DNA of 64,000 nucleotides, taken from Firmicutes bacterium UBA5286 (lineage in GTDB: Bacteria > Bacillota > Proteinivoracia > UBA4975). Positions 48,650 to 57,631 of the stretch are shown in pieces. The notes beneath the pieces are model-generated. The model did no database searches, was not told the origin of the DNA, and saw only the letters and a list, made by a program, of their open reading frames with translations. The stretch is taken from the NCBI GenBank assembly GCA_002408465.1, contig DHSM01000013.1, positions 1,551 to 65,550 of the forward strand, read 5' to 3'. Position numbers and translations under genes: made by a program. The stretch's first letter is position 1, and every line of letters starts with the position of its first letter.

Positions 48650-48776
48650 ACAAGTAGAGGCTACCTGGCTTCTCACCCCACATGACGCCTTATGCAGGTT
48701 GTTCCCGGGGTAAAAAACAAAAACCTTTTGTGGTTCGTGTTTTTTGGGCAGGTAGTTTACCTGCCCATTATTTTTT
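48650..48776 (+). ncRNA. L20 ribosomal protein leader
   Basis: AAGTAGAGG..CTTCTCACC motif upstream of infC-rpmI-rplT; terminal hairpin tgggcaggta..tacctgccca plus T-run. Confidence 0.75.
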
Positions 48777-48791
48777 AGGAGGTGTTATGCC

Positions 48792-49307
48792 ATCAGTAAA
48801 GATTTAATGCTCAATGAGGCCATCCGCGCCAGGGAAGTTCGCCTGGTCAGTGAAACCGGCGAACAGTTGGGAATCGTCCCCTTGAACAAGGCTCTAGAGA
48901 TGGCCGGGGAGAGGAGTTTGGACCTGGTCAATGTCGCGCCCCAGGCAAGGCCGCCTGTATGTAAATTTATGGACTACGGCCGGTTCAAATACGAGCAGAG
49001 TAAGCGGGATAAGGAATCCCGTAAAAAACAACACATCATCACTGTTAAAGAGGTGCAGCTCAGGCCTCAGACCGAGGAACATGACTACCAGGTAAAACTG
49101 CGCAACGCCATTAGATTCCTTGAAGAAAAGAACAAGGTCAAGGTCAATGTAAGGTTTCGTGGCAGACAGGTAACCCATCCCGAACAAGGCAAAGCAATTT
49201 GTGAACGCTTTGCCGCCGATGTGGCCGAAGTGGCAGTGGTTGAAAAACCTGGACGTCTGGAAGGTCGCAACATGATTATGATTTTGTCGCCGAAACTAAG
49301 TTTATAG
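48792..49307 (+). CDS. infC: Translation initiation factor IF-3 (probable ATC start)
   Basis: RBS aggagg 9 nt before in-frame ATC-AGT-AAA-GAT (ISKD); [24 protein letters not shown]. Confidence 0.95.
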   Translation: MSKDLMLNEAIRAREVRLVSETGEQLGIVPLNKALEMAGERSLDLVNVAPQARPPVCKFMDYGRFKYEQSKRDKESRKKQHIITVKEVQLRPQTEEHDYQVKLRNAIRFLEEKNKVKVNVRFRGRQVTHPEQGKAICERFAADVAEVAVVEKPGRLEGRNMIMILSPKLSL

Positions 49308-49323
49308 TATAGGAGGATACGAC

Positions 49324-49518
49324 GTGCCAAAACTTAAAACACATCGCGGAGCAGCAAAACGCTTTCGGAAGACGGGAACAGGCAAATTTAAGCGCACTCA
49401 TGCTTATATCAGCCACATTCTTACCAAGAAATCTGCCAAGCGCAAGCGCAATCTGCGGAAAAACGCCCTAATCTCCAGGGCTGACCAAAAAAAAGTAGAG
49501 CGCATGCTGCCGTACTAA
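49324..49518 (+). CDS. rpmI: 50S ribosomal protein L35
   Basis: [21 protein letters not shown]. Confidence 0.98.
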   Translation: MPKLKTHRGAAKRFRKTGTGKFKRTHAYISHILTKKSAKRKRNLRKNALISRADQKKVERMLPY

Positions 49519-49539
49519 ACCTTAAGGAGGCTTTTCGAA

Positions 49540-49893
49540 ATGCCAAGAATTAAACCGGGTGTGCAAACCCGTCAACGCCATAAAAAAGTATTGAAGCTTG
49601 CCAAAGGCTATTTCGGCGCCAAGAGCCGCGCCTTTCGCAGGGCCAATGAGCAGATGCTCAAGTCCCAGACCTATGCATACCGCGATCGCCGCAACATCAA
49701 GCGGGATTTCCGCAAACTGTGGATTGCCAGAATTAACGCTGCTGCCCGCAATAACGGCACCACCTACAGCCAGCTGATGCATAACATTAAAGAGTCAGGA
49801 ATAAATATTAACCGCAAAATGTTAGCAGACATGGCAATTAACGATGCCCCTGGTTTCAGCCGGCTGGTGGAACAAGTACGCGTCAACAATTAA
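49540..49893 (+). CDS. rplT: 50S ribosomal protein L20
   Basis: [30 protein letters not shown]. Confidence 0.98.
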   Translation: MPRIKPGVQTRQRHKKVLKLAKGYFGAKSRAFRRANEQMLKSQTYAYRDRRNIKRDFRKLWIARINAAARNNGTTYSQLMHNIKESGININRKMLADMAINDAPGFSRLVEQVRVNN

Positions 49894-49980
49894 TAAGCGC
49901 CTGCAGGCGCTTTTCGTATTTATGCAGGATTTTTGTCTGCAAAAGGTAAATTATAAGGAAAGGGAAGAAGGTGGATTGTT

Positions 49981-51303
49981 ATGGGTGTCCTCAACCCCGC
50001 CCGGGTTTTGGTATTAGGATTTCTGACAATCATCATTATTGGGGCCTTGCTCCTGATGCTGCCTCAGGCTGTCGTCGGGGAAAGGCTTAGTGCACTAGAA
50101 GCCTTTTTTACGTCTACTTCTGCAGTGTGCGTGACGGGACTGGTAGTAGTGGACACTGGAACTACCTTTTCCGTCTTTGGGCAGTTGGTAATTATGTTCT
50201 TGATTCAGATTGGCGGTCTTGGCTTTATGACCATGGCTACATTGATCTTCATGCTTTTAGGCAGGAAAATCAGCTTTCGCAATCGCCTGCTTATCAGCGA
50301 ATCTCTCAATCAATTTACCGTCCAGGGCGTGGTTGCCCTGGTCAGGATCATTCTGGTGTATACCCTGGCGGTAGAAGGGAGCGCCGCCCTGATTCTGGCC
50401 CTGCGCTTTTCCAGGGATATGGGCTGGATCAGGGGGATTTATTACGGGGTATTTCATGCAGTATCAGCCTTTTGCAATGCCGGCTTTGACCTGATAGGCA
50501 ACTTTTCCAGCCTTACTGCCTATCGGGGAGACCCGGTTGTCAATCTTGTGATTATGGCCCTGATAATCAGCGGTGGGTTAGGCTTTACAGTGATCAGGGA
50601 TTTTGTTACCAATTGGCGGAAGGCCGGCCGTTTGGAGTTGCACAGCAAGCTGGTCTTGATTATCACGGCTTTGCTGCTGGTTTCTGCATTTTTGGCGATT
50701 TTTGTTCTGGAATTCAGCAATCCCCAGACCCTGGCCGACATCCCCTGGGGGGAAAAGGTCCTGGCCACGGCATTTACTGCCACTACTCCCAGAACCGCCG
50801 GGTTCAATACTTTGCCTATTGATGGTCTCAGGCAGTCCACACTGTTCTTAATCATTATCCTGATGTTTATCGGCGCCTCCCCTGCTTCGACAGGAGGGGG
50901 GATCAAAACCGCCACCTTTGGCGTGATTCTCGTGGCTGTTCACTCAATAATCAGAGGTGAGTCTGATGCCGTTTTGTTCAAACGCCGTCTTCCCCAGTAC
51001 ATCATTCACAAGGCCCTGGCAATAATCATCATCAGCATTGGGCTCATTGCCTTTGTTACACTGATTCTCTGCATTACGGAGCCCTTTGACTTTATGCCGG
51101 TGCTGTTTGAAGTCGTTTCCGCCTTTGGTACCGTAGGACTCTCTGTTGGTATTACTCCAGGCCTGTCTGCATGGGGAAAATTGCTGATAATATTCATGAT
51201 GTTTGTGGGCCGGGTGGGACCGGTTACTTTGACCCTGGCCTTTGGTCAACGGCTGAAGCCAGTCAATATCCGCTACCCTGAAGGCAGGGTAATGGTGGGA
51301 TAG
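49981..51303 (+). CDS. ktrB: Ktr/Trk K+ uptake membrane subunit
   Basis: Four pore motifs: SAVCVTGL, SAFCNAGF, PRTAGF, SAFGTVGLS. Confidence 0.9.
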   Translation: MGVLNPARVLVLGFLTIIIIGALLLMLPQAVVGERLSALEAFFTSTSAVCVTGLVVVDTGTTFSVFGQLVIMFLIQIGGLGFMTMATLIFMLLGRKISFRNRLLISESLNQFTVQGVVALVRIILVYTLAVEGSAALILALRFSRDMGWIRGIYYGVFHAVSAFCNAGFDLIGNFSSLTAYRGDPVVNLVIMALIISGGLGFTVIRDFVTNWRKAGRLELHSKLVLIITALLLVSAFLAIFVLEFSNPQTLADIPWGEKVLATAFTATTPRTAGFNTLPIDGLRQSTLFLIIILMFIGASPASTGGGIKTATFGVILVAVHSIIRGESDAVLFKRRLPQYIIHKALAIIIISIGLIAFVTLILCITEPFDFMPVLFEVVSAFGTVGLSVGITPGLSAWGKLLIIFMMFVGRVGPVTLTLAFGQRLKPVNIRYPEGRVMVG

Positions 51304-51313
51304 GAGGAAGAGC

Positions 51314-51967
51314 ATGAAACAATTTTTAGTAATTGGCTTGGGCAGATTTGGCATGAGTCTGGCCCTGACATTGGCAGAAAAGGGATATGAAGTCCTTGGC
51401 ATTGACCATCGGGAAGGACCGGTTCAGGAGGCGGCAGATATCCTGACCCAGGCAGTGCAGCTGGATGCCACTGTGGATAAGGATTTGCTCTCTGTTGGGA
51501 TAAAGAATTTTGATGTGGCAGTAGTCGCTATTGGCCACGATATTGAAGCCAGCATTCTCTGCACTTTGATTCTCAAGGAGGTCGGCATCCCGCATATTGT
51601 CTGCAAGGCCCAGAGTCAGCTCCATGGCAAGGTCCTTAAGAAGATTGGGGCTGACCGGGTAGTATTCCCGGAACGGGATATGGGCATCCGGGTGGCCAAT
51701 AACCTGGTTTCTACCAACCTGCTGGATTATATCGACCTCTCCGATGACTTCAGCATCAGAGAAATAACCGCGCCAAAATTTGTCGTAGACAAGACTTTGG
51801 CGGAGCTCAAGCTGCCGACTAAGCTGGGCATCAATATAATTGCTATTAAGACCGACCCGGAAAATATCAACATTACCCCCGGCGCCAATGATGTCATCAG
51901 GAGCGGCAATGTTCTTGTGGTAGTTGGCGAAAACAGGCGGCTGGATCGCCTGGAGGGGATGGAGTGA
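51314..51967 (+). CDS. ktrA: Ktr/Trk RCK regulatory subunit
   Basis: VIGLGRFG Rossmann motif; IGADRVVFPERDMG. Confidence 0.9.
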   Translation: MKQFLVIGLGRFGMSLALTLAEKGYEVLGIDHREGPVQEAADILTQAVQLDATVDKDLLSVGIKNFDVAVVAIGHDIEASILCTLILKEVGIPHIVCKAQSQLHGKVLKKIGADRVVFPERDMGIRVANNLVSTNLLDYIDLSDDFSIREITAPKFVVDKTLAELKLPTKLGINIIAIKTDPENINITPGANDVIRSGNVLVVVGENRRLDRLEGME

Positions 51968-52737
51968 TCACCTCCCGCCAGCATCCGGAGGTCAAGGAGC
52001 TGTTAAAGCTCAGTCAGCGCAAGCACCGGCTGCGCCAGGGTCAGTTCCTGGCAGAGGGCTTGCGCCTGGTGGAGGATGGACTGGCTGCCGGCTGGATTCC
52101 TGTCAAGTTAGTTGTCTCTCCGCCCCTATTGAGCAAGCGGGCAGCAGCGGCCTTGGCCCAGTGGGATTATCCCCGCCTGGAACTGGCTCCCGAACTGATG
52201 GCATTGACCTGTGACACCGAGACATCCCAGGGGGTAATGGCCCTGTTTCCCTTGCCTGAGTGCAACCTTGATTCAATCAGGGGAGAATTGGTTCTGGTGC
52301 TGGACGGCATTAGTGATCCCGGCAATGCCGGCACCCTGTTGCGCAGCGGCGCCGCTGTCGGCGTCAGCGGCCTCATTGCTACCGCCGGCACGGCGGACCT
52401 GAGCTCTCCCAAGGTGGTGCGGGCTAGTATGGGCGGCGTATTCCGGGTTCCCTGGGTGATGGATGCCGAGCCTGATCAGGTAGTGAGCTGGGCAAAAACA
52501 GAGGGCTGGCAGTTGGTGACCCTGGAACCCCGGGGAGGGATTCCTTATCACCGCTTTGCCTACAAGGACAAACTCGCCCTGGTGGTAGGCAGCGAAGCAG
52601 ACGGGGTGGGGACAGAAATCGCCTCTGCCTGTTCGGCTGCAGTGACCATTCCCATGCCCGGCGGGCTGGAATCGTTAAATGCCGCAATTGCCGCCACCCT
52701 GGTCCTGTACCAGGTCTTGATTTACAGGGGGTTATAA
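51964..52737 (+). CDS. TrmH/SpoU-family RNA methyltransferase
   Basis: DPGNAGTLLRS, KVVRASMG, GSEADG, IPM..ESLNAA. Confidence 0.92.
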   Translation: MITSRQHPEVKELLKLSQRKHRLRQGQFLAEGLRLVEDGLAAGWIPVKLVVSPPLLSKRAAAALAQWDYPRLELAPELMALTCDTETSQGVMALFPLPECNLDSIRGELVLVLDGISDPGNAGTLLRSGAAVGVSGLIATAGTADLSSPKVVRASMGGVFRVPWVMDAEPDQVVSWAKTEGWQLVTLEPRGGIPYHRFAYKDKLALVVGSEADGVGTEIASACSAAVTIPMPGGLESLNAAIAATLVLYQVLIYRGL

Positions 52738-52860
52738 AGGGGATGGTCCTCCGTGGCGCCAGGATGATTGACAAATTTGAGGACCGTCCCCGATTTGTCG
52801 ATGTTGTCTTCCTAGAGTGATTTATGTTATAATCAGGGAAAATCACCGGGAGGTGCTGGT

Positions 52861-52959
52861 TTGCTCCCTCTTGCTAGATTTTTCTGGCGGTTGTTTGAAC
52901 TTACCGGATACATCTCGGCGTATATGATTTATAAAAAGTTGTCTATAGAGGAAAGATAG
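52861..52959 (+). CDS. YqzL-like small protein (32 aa)
   Basis: RBS gggaggtg, TTG start; FFWRLFELTGYISAYMIYK matches the YqzL pattern; absent from the ORF track. Confidence 0.75.
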   Translation: MLPLARFFWRLFELTGYISAYMIYKKLSIEER

Positions 52960-53192
52960 TGCGGAAGATAAGTACTGCATGGCTAACCGGCCACAGGAAA
53001 TGGACGCCGTGACTGAGAGCGTCTGCCGGGGAGTGCAGGAAATTCCCTTCCAAATCGTTGAGCTGAAGGATTGATTCTTGTAGGCCCAAACGGCTGTCCA
53101 CCGTTATTCGGATGAAAGCGCCCGCTGTTAGCGGGAAAATGGGTGGTACCGCGGAATACTTTTCGTCCCTGACGAGAGGTATTATTTTTTTA
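52960..53192 (+). ncRNA. T-box riboswitch (Phe)
   Basis: Specifier TTC (53048-53050); AAATGGGTGGTACCGCG at 53137-53153; terminator and T-run before pheS RBS. Confidence 0.9.
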
Positions 53193-53206
53193 TAGGAGGA
53201 TTGGAA

Positions 53207-54241
53207 ATGGAAGAGAAGTTAAAAGCATTAAAAGAGCAAGCATTGCCGGCAATTTCCGCCGCCGGGGATCTCACTGAATTGGAAGAAATCCGCCTCAGTG
53301 TCCTGGGCAAGAAAGGGCAGCTGACCAATGTGCTACGGCAGATGGGCAGCCTGCCTCCCGAAGAGCGGCCGCTAATGGGCAAGCTTGCCAATGAGGTGCG
53401 GGACGCACTAGAGGCGGCCCTGGCTGAGCGCCGCCGGGATTTAGTCCGGGAGGAGCAGCGGCAGAAGCTGGCCCAGGAGAAAGTGGATGTAACCTTGCCC
53501 GGGCGGAGGCCGCCTAGGGGCACTATCCATCCCCTGTCCCATGTGCGCAGGCGAATCGAAGATATTTTCCTGGGCATGGGCTATACCATTGAAGAGGGTC
53601 CGGAAATAGAGACGGACTACTATAATTTTGTCGCCCTTAATCTGCCTAAACATCATCCGGCCCGAGACATGCAGGACACTTTTTATATTGACGAAGAAAC
53701 GGTGCTGCGAACACACACTTCCCCTGTCCAGGTGCGGACAATGGAGAAGATGCGGCCTGCTCCCTTGAAGATGATCTGTCCCGGCAAGGTTTACCGCAAA
53801 GACGACGATGCAACCCACTCGCCCATGTTTTTGCAGGTGGAGGGATTGGTCATAGATAAGGGCATTACTCTGGCGGACCTCAAGGGGACGCTGCTGCTTT
53901 TTGCCCAGCAGATGTTTGGCCCTGAGCAAGAGATCCGCCTCCGCCCCAGCTTTTTCCCCTTTACCGAACCCAGCGCCGAGGTGGACATTCTCTGCACCGC
54001 CTGCGGCGGCCAAGGCTGCAGGATGTGCGGTGAGACGGGCTGGCTGGAAATATTGGGGGCGGGGATGGTCCATCCCCAGGTGCTGAAAATGTCCGGTTAC
54101 GATCCCGCTGAGGTTTCGGGCTTCGCCTTTGGCATGGGCATCGACCGGGTTGCCATGTTAGTCTATGGCATCACTGATATCCGCCACTTATATCAGAACG
54201 ATCTGCGGACGCTTAAACAGTTTCAGGGAGGTTTGAGCTAA
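53207..54241 (+). CDS. pheS: Phenylalanine--tRNA ligase alpha subunit
   Basis: [33 protein letters not shown]. Confidence 0.98.
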   Translation: MEEKLKALKEQALPAISAAGDLTELEEIRLSVLGKKGQLTNVLRQMGSLPPEERPLMGKLANEVRDALEAALAERRRDLVREEQRQKLAQEKVDVTLPGRRPPRGTIHPLSHVRRRIEDIFLGMGYTIEEGPEIETDYYNFVALNLPKHHPARDMQDTFYIDEETVLRTHTSPVQVRTMEKMRPAPLKMICPGKVYRKDDDATHSPMFLQVEGLVIDKGITLADLKGTLLLFAQQMFGPEQEIRLRPSFFPFTEPSAEVDILCTACGGQGCRMCGETGWLEILGAGMVHPQVLKMSGYDPAEVSGFAFGMGIDRVAMLVYGITDIRHLYQNDLRTLKQFQGGLS

Positions 54242-56605
54242 ATGAAGATTTCGTACAACTGGTTAAAAGAAACTCTAGGTTTTGATCTTTCTCCTCAGGA
54301 GCTGGCTGCTGGCTTGGCAGCTGCTGGTTTTCCTGTGGAAAGCATTGCTCCCCTGGCTCCGGAAATAACCGGGGTTGTAGTGGCCGAGCTCTTGGAAGTA
54401 AAGGCCCATCCCAATGCCGACCGCCTTTCCCTGACCAAGGTCAGCGATGGCGCCGCCATCTATGATGTAGTCTGCGGCGCCCATAACATAGCCCAAGGGG
54501 ACAAGGTGCCTCTGGCGAAGATTGGGGCAGTGCTCCCCGGAAATTTTAAAATCAAGAAGAGCAAAATCCGGGGAGAAGTTTCTGAGGGCATGCTCTGTTC
54601 GGCAGATGAACTGCAGCTGGATCTGGTCCAGGACAGTGACGGCATCCTGCAGCTGCCCAAGAACGCTGAGATTGGCCGGGATATTAATGCTTACCTGGCT
54701 CTGGATGACTTAATCCTTGATGTGGAGCTCACGGCCAATCGGGGGGACTTGCTCAGCCTCCGGGGCTTAACCACAGAGATTGGGGCATTTTTAGGCAAGC
54801 CCTTTTCCCTGGAAGGGCCAAAGGAGCCTGAGACAGTCGACTGGGGATTTCCCGTCAGCATTGAAACGGATTCGTGTTCATTCTATACTGGCCGCCTGAT
54901 CAAGGGGGTGCAAGTGGGGCCTTCGCCTCTGTGGCTGCAGCTGCGCCTGCTGGCCTGCGGAATGCGGCCGGTAAACAATATCGTTGACATCGCCAATCTG
55001 GTCATGCTGGAGTGGGGGCAGCCTCTGCATACCTTTGATGCCGACAAGCTTCCCGGGCATGAGATTACCGTGCGCCAGGCCCGAGCGGGAGAAACCATGA
55101 TAACCCTAGATAATAAGGAGCGCCAGCTGGAACCCAGCATGATGCTCATCACCTCCGGCGGCCGGCCAGTGACCATTGCCGGGGTTATGGGGAGCCTGGA
55201 CAGCGAAGTGGATGCAAACACCACCAATATCTTTTTGGAATCAGCAGTCTTCGATGCCTCTTTGCGTCTGACCGCCAAGGCGCTGGGCATAAGTTCCGAG
55301 GCCGGCAGCCGCTTTGAAAAAGGCGTGGACCCTGCGGTAACTGCAATTGCTTCTCAGCGGGCGGCAAATTTGATCAGGGAGCTGGCCGGCGGAGAAATAG
55401 GGGCGATCACCAGCGCAGGCACTGACCGCACCGCTGCCTGGTCCATCCCTGTCTCCATTGCCAAAATCAACGGCTTGTTGGGCGCCGATATCCCCCGGGA
55501 ACAGGCGGTAAGTTTTCTTTCCAACCTGGGCCTCAAAGTTGAAGGGGAGGGAGATAGTCTAATGGTGCATGTGCCAGGCCGCCGGCAGGATTTGCTGTCT
55601 TGGCAGGATATTGCCGAGGAGGTGGGCCGTCTCTATGGTTTTGATCAAATACCTGTCTCTCTGCCGAAGGGGGCTTTGACCCTGGGTATGCGCAAAAAGA
55701 GCCAGAGCCTGGAGTGGCAGGTGAGGGAGTTGCTGGCAGGCTGCGGACTCCATGAAGTCATGCCCTATTCTTTCATTAGCCCGGAAATGGCAGAAAAGAG
55801 CTGGGAAGAATCCGGTGTAGAGATATCCAACCCTCTGACTCGGGAGGCCTCGATAATGCGGAGTAGCATGCTGCCTTCTCTGTTAGAGACAGTTGCCTAT
55901 AATCTCGCCCATGGCCAGGATTCTGTGGCAATTTTCGAAGTGGGAAATGTATTTAGGCCGGAGCCAGATAGTCCCCTGCCCAGCCAGGTCTTAAGGGTGG
56001 CCGGCGCTTTAGTGGGCAGAGAGCCAAGACACTGGCAGCAGCCAGTGGTGAGCTACGACTTTTTCGCCCTCAAGGGCGTTGTCCAACAGCTTTTGCTGGG
56101 ACTGGGCATTGAGGCCGAGATTCGGCAAGAACCTCATCGCCAGCTCCATCCCGGCCGGTGTGCGGCTGCCTTTGCCGGCAATATTTGCTTAGGTCATTTT
56201 GGCCAAGTACATCCTGCCATCGTGGCAGAGTGGAAATTGGACGCAGAAATTTGGGTCTTTGATTTGGATTTTCTTGCCCTGGCCCAAAATACAAGACAGA
56301 TTGTCCAATTCATTCCGCCTTCCCGCTATCCTGCAATCCGCAGGGACCTGGCCCTGGAAACCAATGAAGACATAGCGGCGGGCACCCTGATGGCAATAAT
56401 CCGGGAAGCGGGAGGAGAACTGTTGGAAGAAGTGGAATGCTTTGATGTCTACACCGGCGGCAACCTGGAACCCGGGGGAAAAAGCCTGGCCTTTTCTCTG
56501 AGTTTCCGTCATCCTGAGCGCACACTGCAGGATAAGGAAGTGCAAGGGCTGGTTGACAAAATCATCGGCAGTCTCGAGGAAGGCGGCGCCCGTTTGCGCA
56601 GCTGA
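54242..56605 (+). CDS. pheT: Phenylalanine--tRNA ligase beta subunit
   Basis: HPNADRL, VCGAHN, SEGMLCS, RFEKGVD, EEVGRLYG, C-terminal FDX-ACB domain. Confidence 0.98.
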   Translation: MKISYNWLKETLGFDLSPQELAAGLAAAGFPVESIAPLAPEITGVVVAELLEVKAHPNADRLSLTKVSDGAAIYDVVCGAHNIAQGDKVPLAKIGAVLPGNFKIKKSKIRGEVSEGMLCSADELQLDLVQDSDGILQLPKNAEIGRDINAYLALDDLILDVELTANRGDLLSLRGLTTEIGAFLGKPFSLEGPKEPETVDWGFPVSIETDSCSFYTGRLIKGVQVGPSPLWLQLRLLACGMRPVNNIVDIANLVMLEWGQPLHTFDADKLPGHEITVRQARAGETMITLDNKERQLEPSMMLITSGGRPVTIAGVMGSLDSEVDANTTNIFLESAVFDASLRLTAKALGISSEAGSRFEKGVDPAVTAIASQRAANLIRELAGGEIGAITSAGTDRTAAWSIPVSIAKINGLLGADIPREQAVSFLSNLGLKVEGEGDSLMVHVPGRRQDLLSWQDIAEEVGRLYGFDQIPVSLPKGALTLGMRKKSQSLEWQVRELLAGCGLHEVMPYSFISPEMAEKSWEESGVEISNPLTREASIMRSSMLPSLLETVAYNLAHGQDSVAIFEVGNVFRPEPDSPLPSQVLRVAGALVGREPRHWQQPVVSYDFFALKGVVQQLLLGLGIEAEIRQEPHRQLHPGRCAAAFAGNICLGHFGQVHPAIVAEWKLDAEIWVFDLDFLALAQNTRQIVQFIPPSRYPAIRRDLALETNEDIAAGTLMAIIREAGGELLEEVECFDVYTGGNLEPGGKSLAFSLSFRHPERTLQDKEVQGLVDKIIGSLEEGGARLRS

Positions 56606-56674
56606 CCGGGTTGTGCCTTGACAGATTATGGTGTAGAATGAAATATAAGATTTTTCAAATCAGGGGGGGGGAGC

Positions 56675-56917
56675 ATGGGGGATTATCATCGCATTACTGT
56701 TGAAATCGGTGGTCAGACCCTTATGTTGCGGACCCAGAACGATCCCGAGTACATCAAAACTCTGGCTAAGTTTGTCGACGGCAAAATTCAATCCCTTGCC
56801 AAAAACAATCCGCGTTTGAGCATTAGTCAGCTGGCATTGCTGACAGCGATTAATTTGGCAGACGAAATTCATAGCGCTGATAGTCAGGCGCATCCTCGGG
56901 GGGCGAAAAAACGATGA
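56675..56917 (+). CDS. zapA: Cell division protein ZapA
   Basis: VEIGGQ..LAKFVDGKI..LALLTAINLADE; pheT-zapA-cvpA-mutS2 synteny. Confidence 0.9.
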   Translation: MGDYHRITVEIGGQTLMLRTQNDPEYIKTLAKFVDGKIQSLAKNNPRLSISQLALLTAINLADEIHSADSQAHPRGAKKR

Positions 56918-57543
56918 ATATCTTGGATCTTTTGATACTGGTTTTTTTGGCATTCTCTATCATTCAGGGCTGGAAACGGGGTCTAATCAGCCAAATTCTT
57001 GATCTGGCCGGGGTGCTGATAGCGTTCTTCGTGGCTTCCCGGTATGGGGTGGCCTTCGGCAGCTGGCTTGGAGGGTACATTAACCTGGAGAAGTTCGCTG
57101 CCAAAGTGGTTGTCAGTGAGGCTGAGGGCAAGGGGCTGTCAGGTCTGCTGGTTGGCGCACTGGAAGGAATTGTTCCTGATGTAGTCGTCGCTCTGCAGAA
57201 TATCCTGGGCTATGTCCTCCTGTTTTTCCTTGTGCTGGCAGCAGCTAAATTATTGTCCTTTATCTTTAAGTCCCTTAGTCATATTCCCGTACTGGGGACG
57301 CTGGACACTCTTGGCGGTGTGATTTTTGGCTTTCTTAAAGGAGCCCTGATCACCTTGGTCATTGTCTGGATTCTCAGTCTGCTGCCCATTCCCCGGGTGA
57401 TGGATTTTATGGAATCCTCGCTGTTTGCCCCCGTCTTGCTCAATATTGCTCCCGGGATCTATGAGCGGGTCTTCAATCCCCAGCAGTACGATGAGATTGT
57501 AAAGACAATCAACAAGATGCGCGATGCTCTGAAGCCAGAGTAA
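56914..57543 (+). CDS. cvpA: CvpA-family membrane protein
   Basis: LDLLIL..GWKRGLI, LDTLGGVIFGFLKG. Confidence 0.88.
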   Translation: MNILDLLILVFLAFSIIQGWKRGLISQILDLAGVLIAFFVASRYGVAFGSWLGGYINLEKFAAKVVVSEAEGKGLSGLLVGALEGIVPDVVVALQNILGYVLLFFLVLAAAKLLSFIFKSLSHIPVLGTLDTLGGVIFGFLKGALITLVIVWILSLLPIPRVMDFMESSLFAPVLLNIAPGIYERVFNPQQYDEIVKTINKMRDALKPE

Positions 57544-57631
57544 AACCAGTTTACCCATTTTGAAGAAATTAGCCCGTCAATCGGGCTTTTTCTTGTGGTA
57601 TAATATTGGGGTTAGTAAAGGAGTGATTAGT

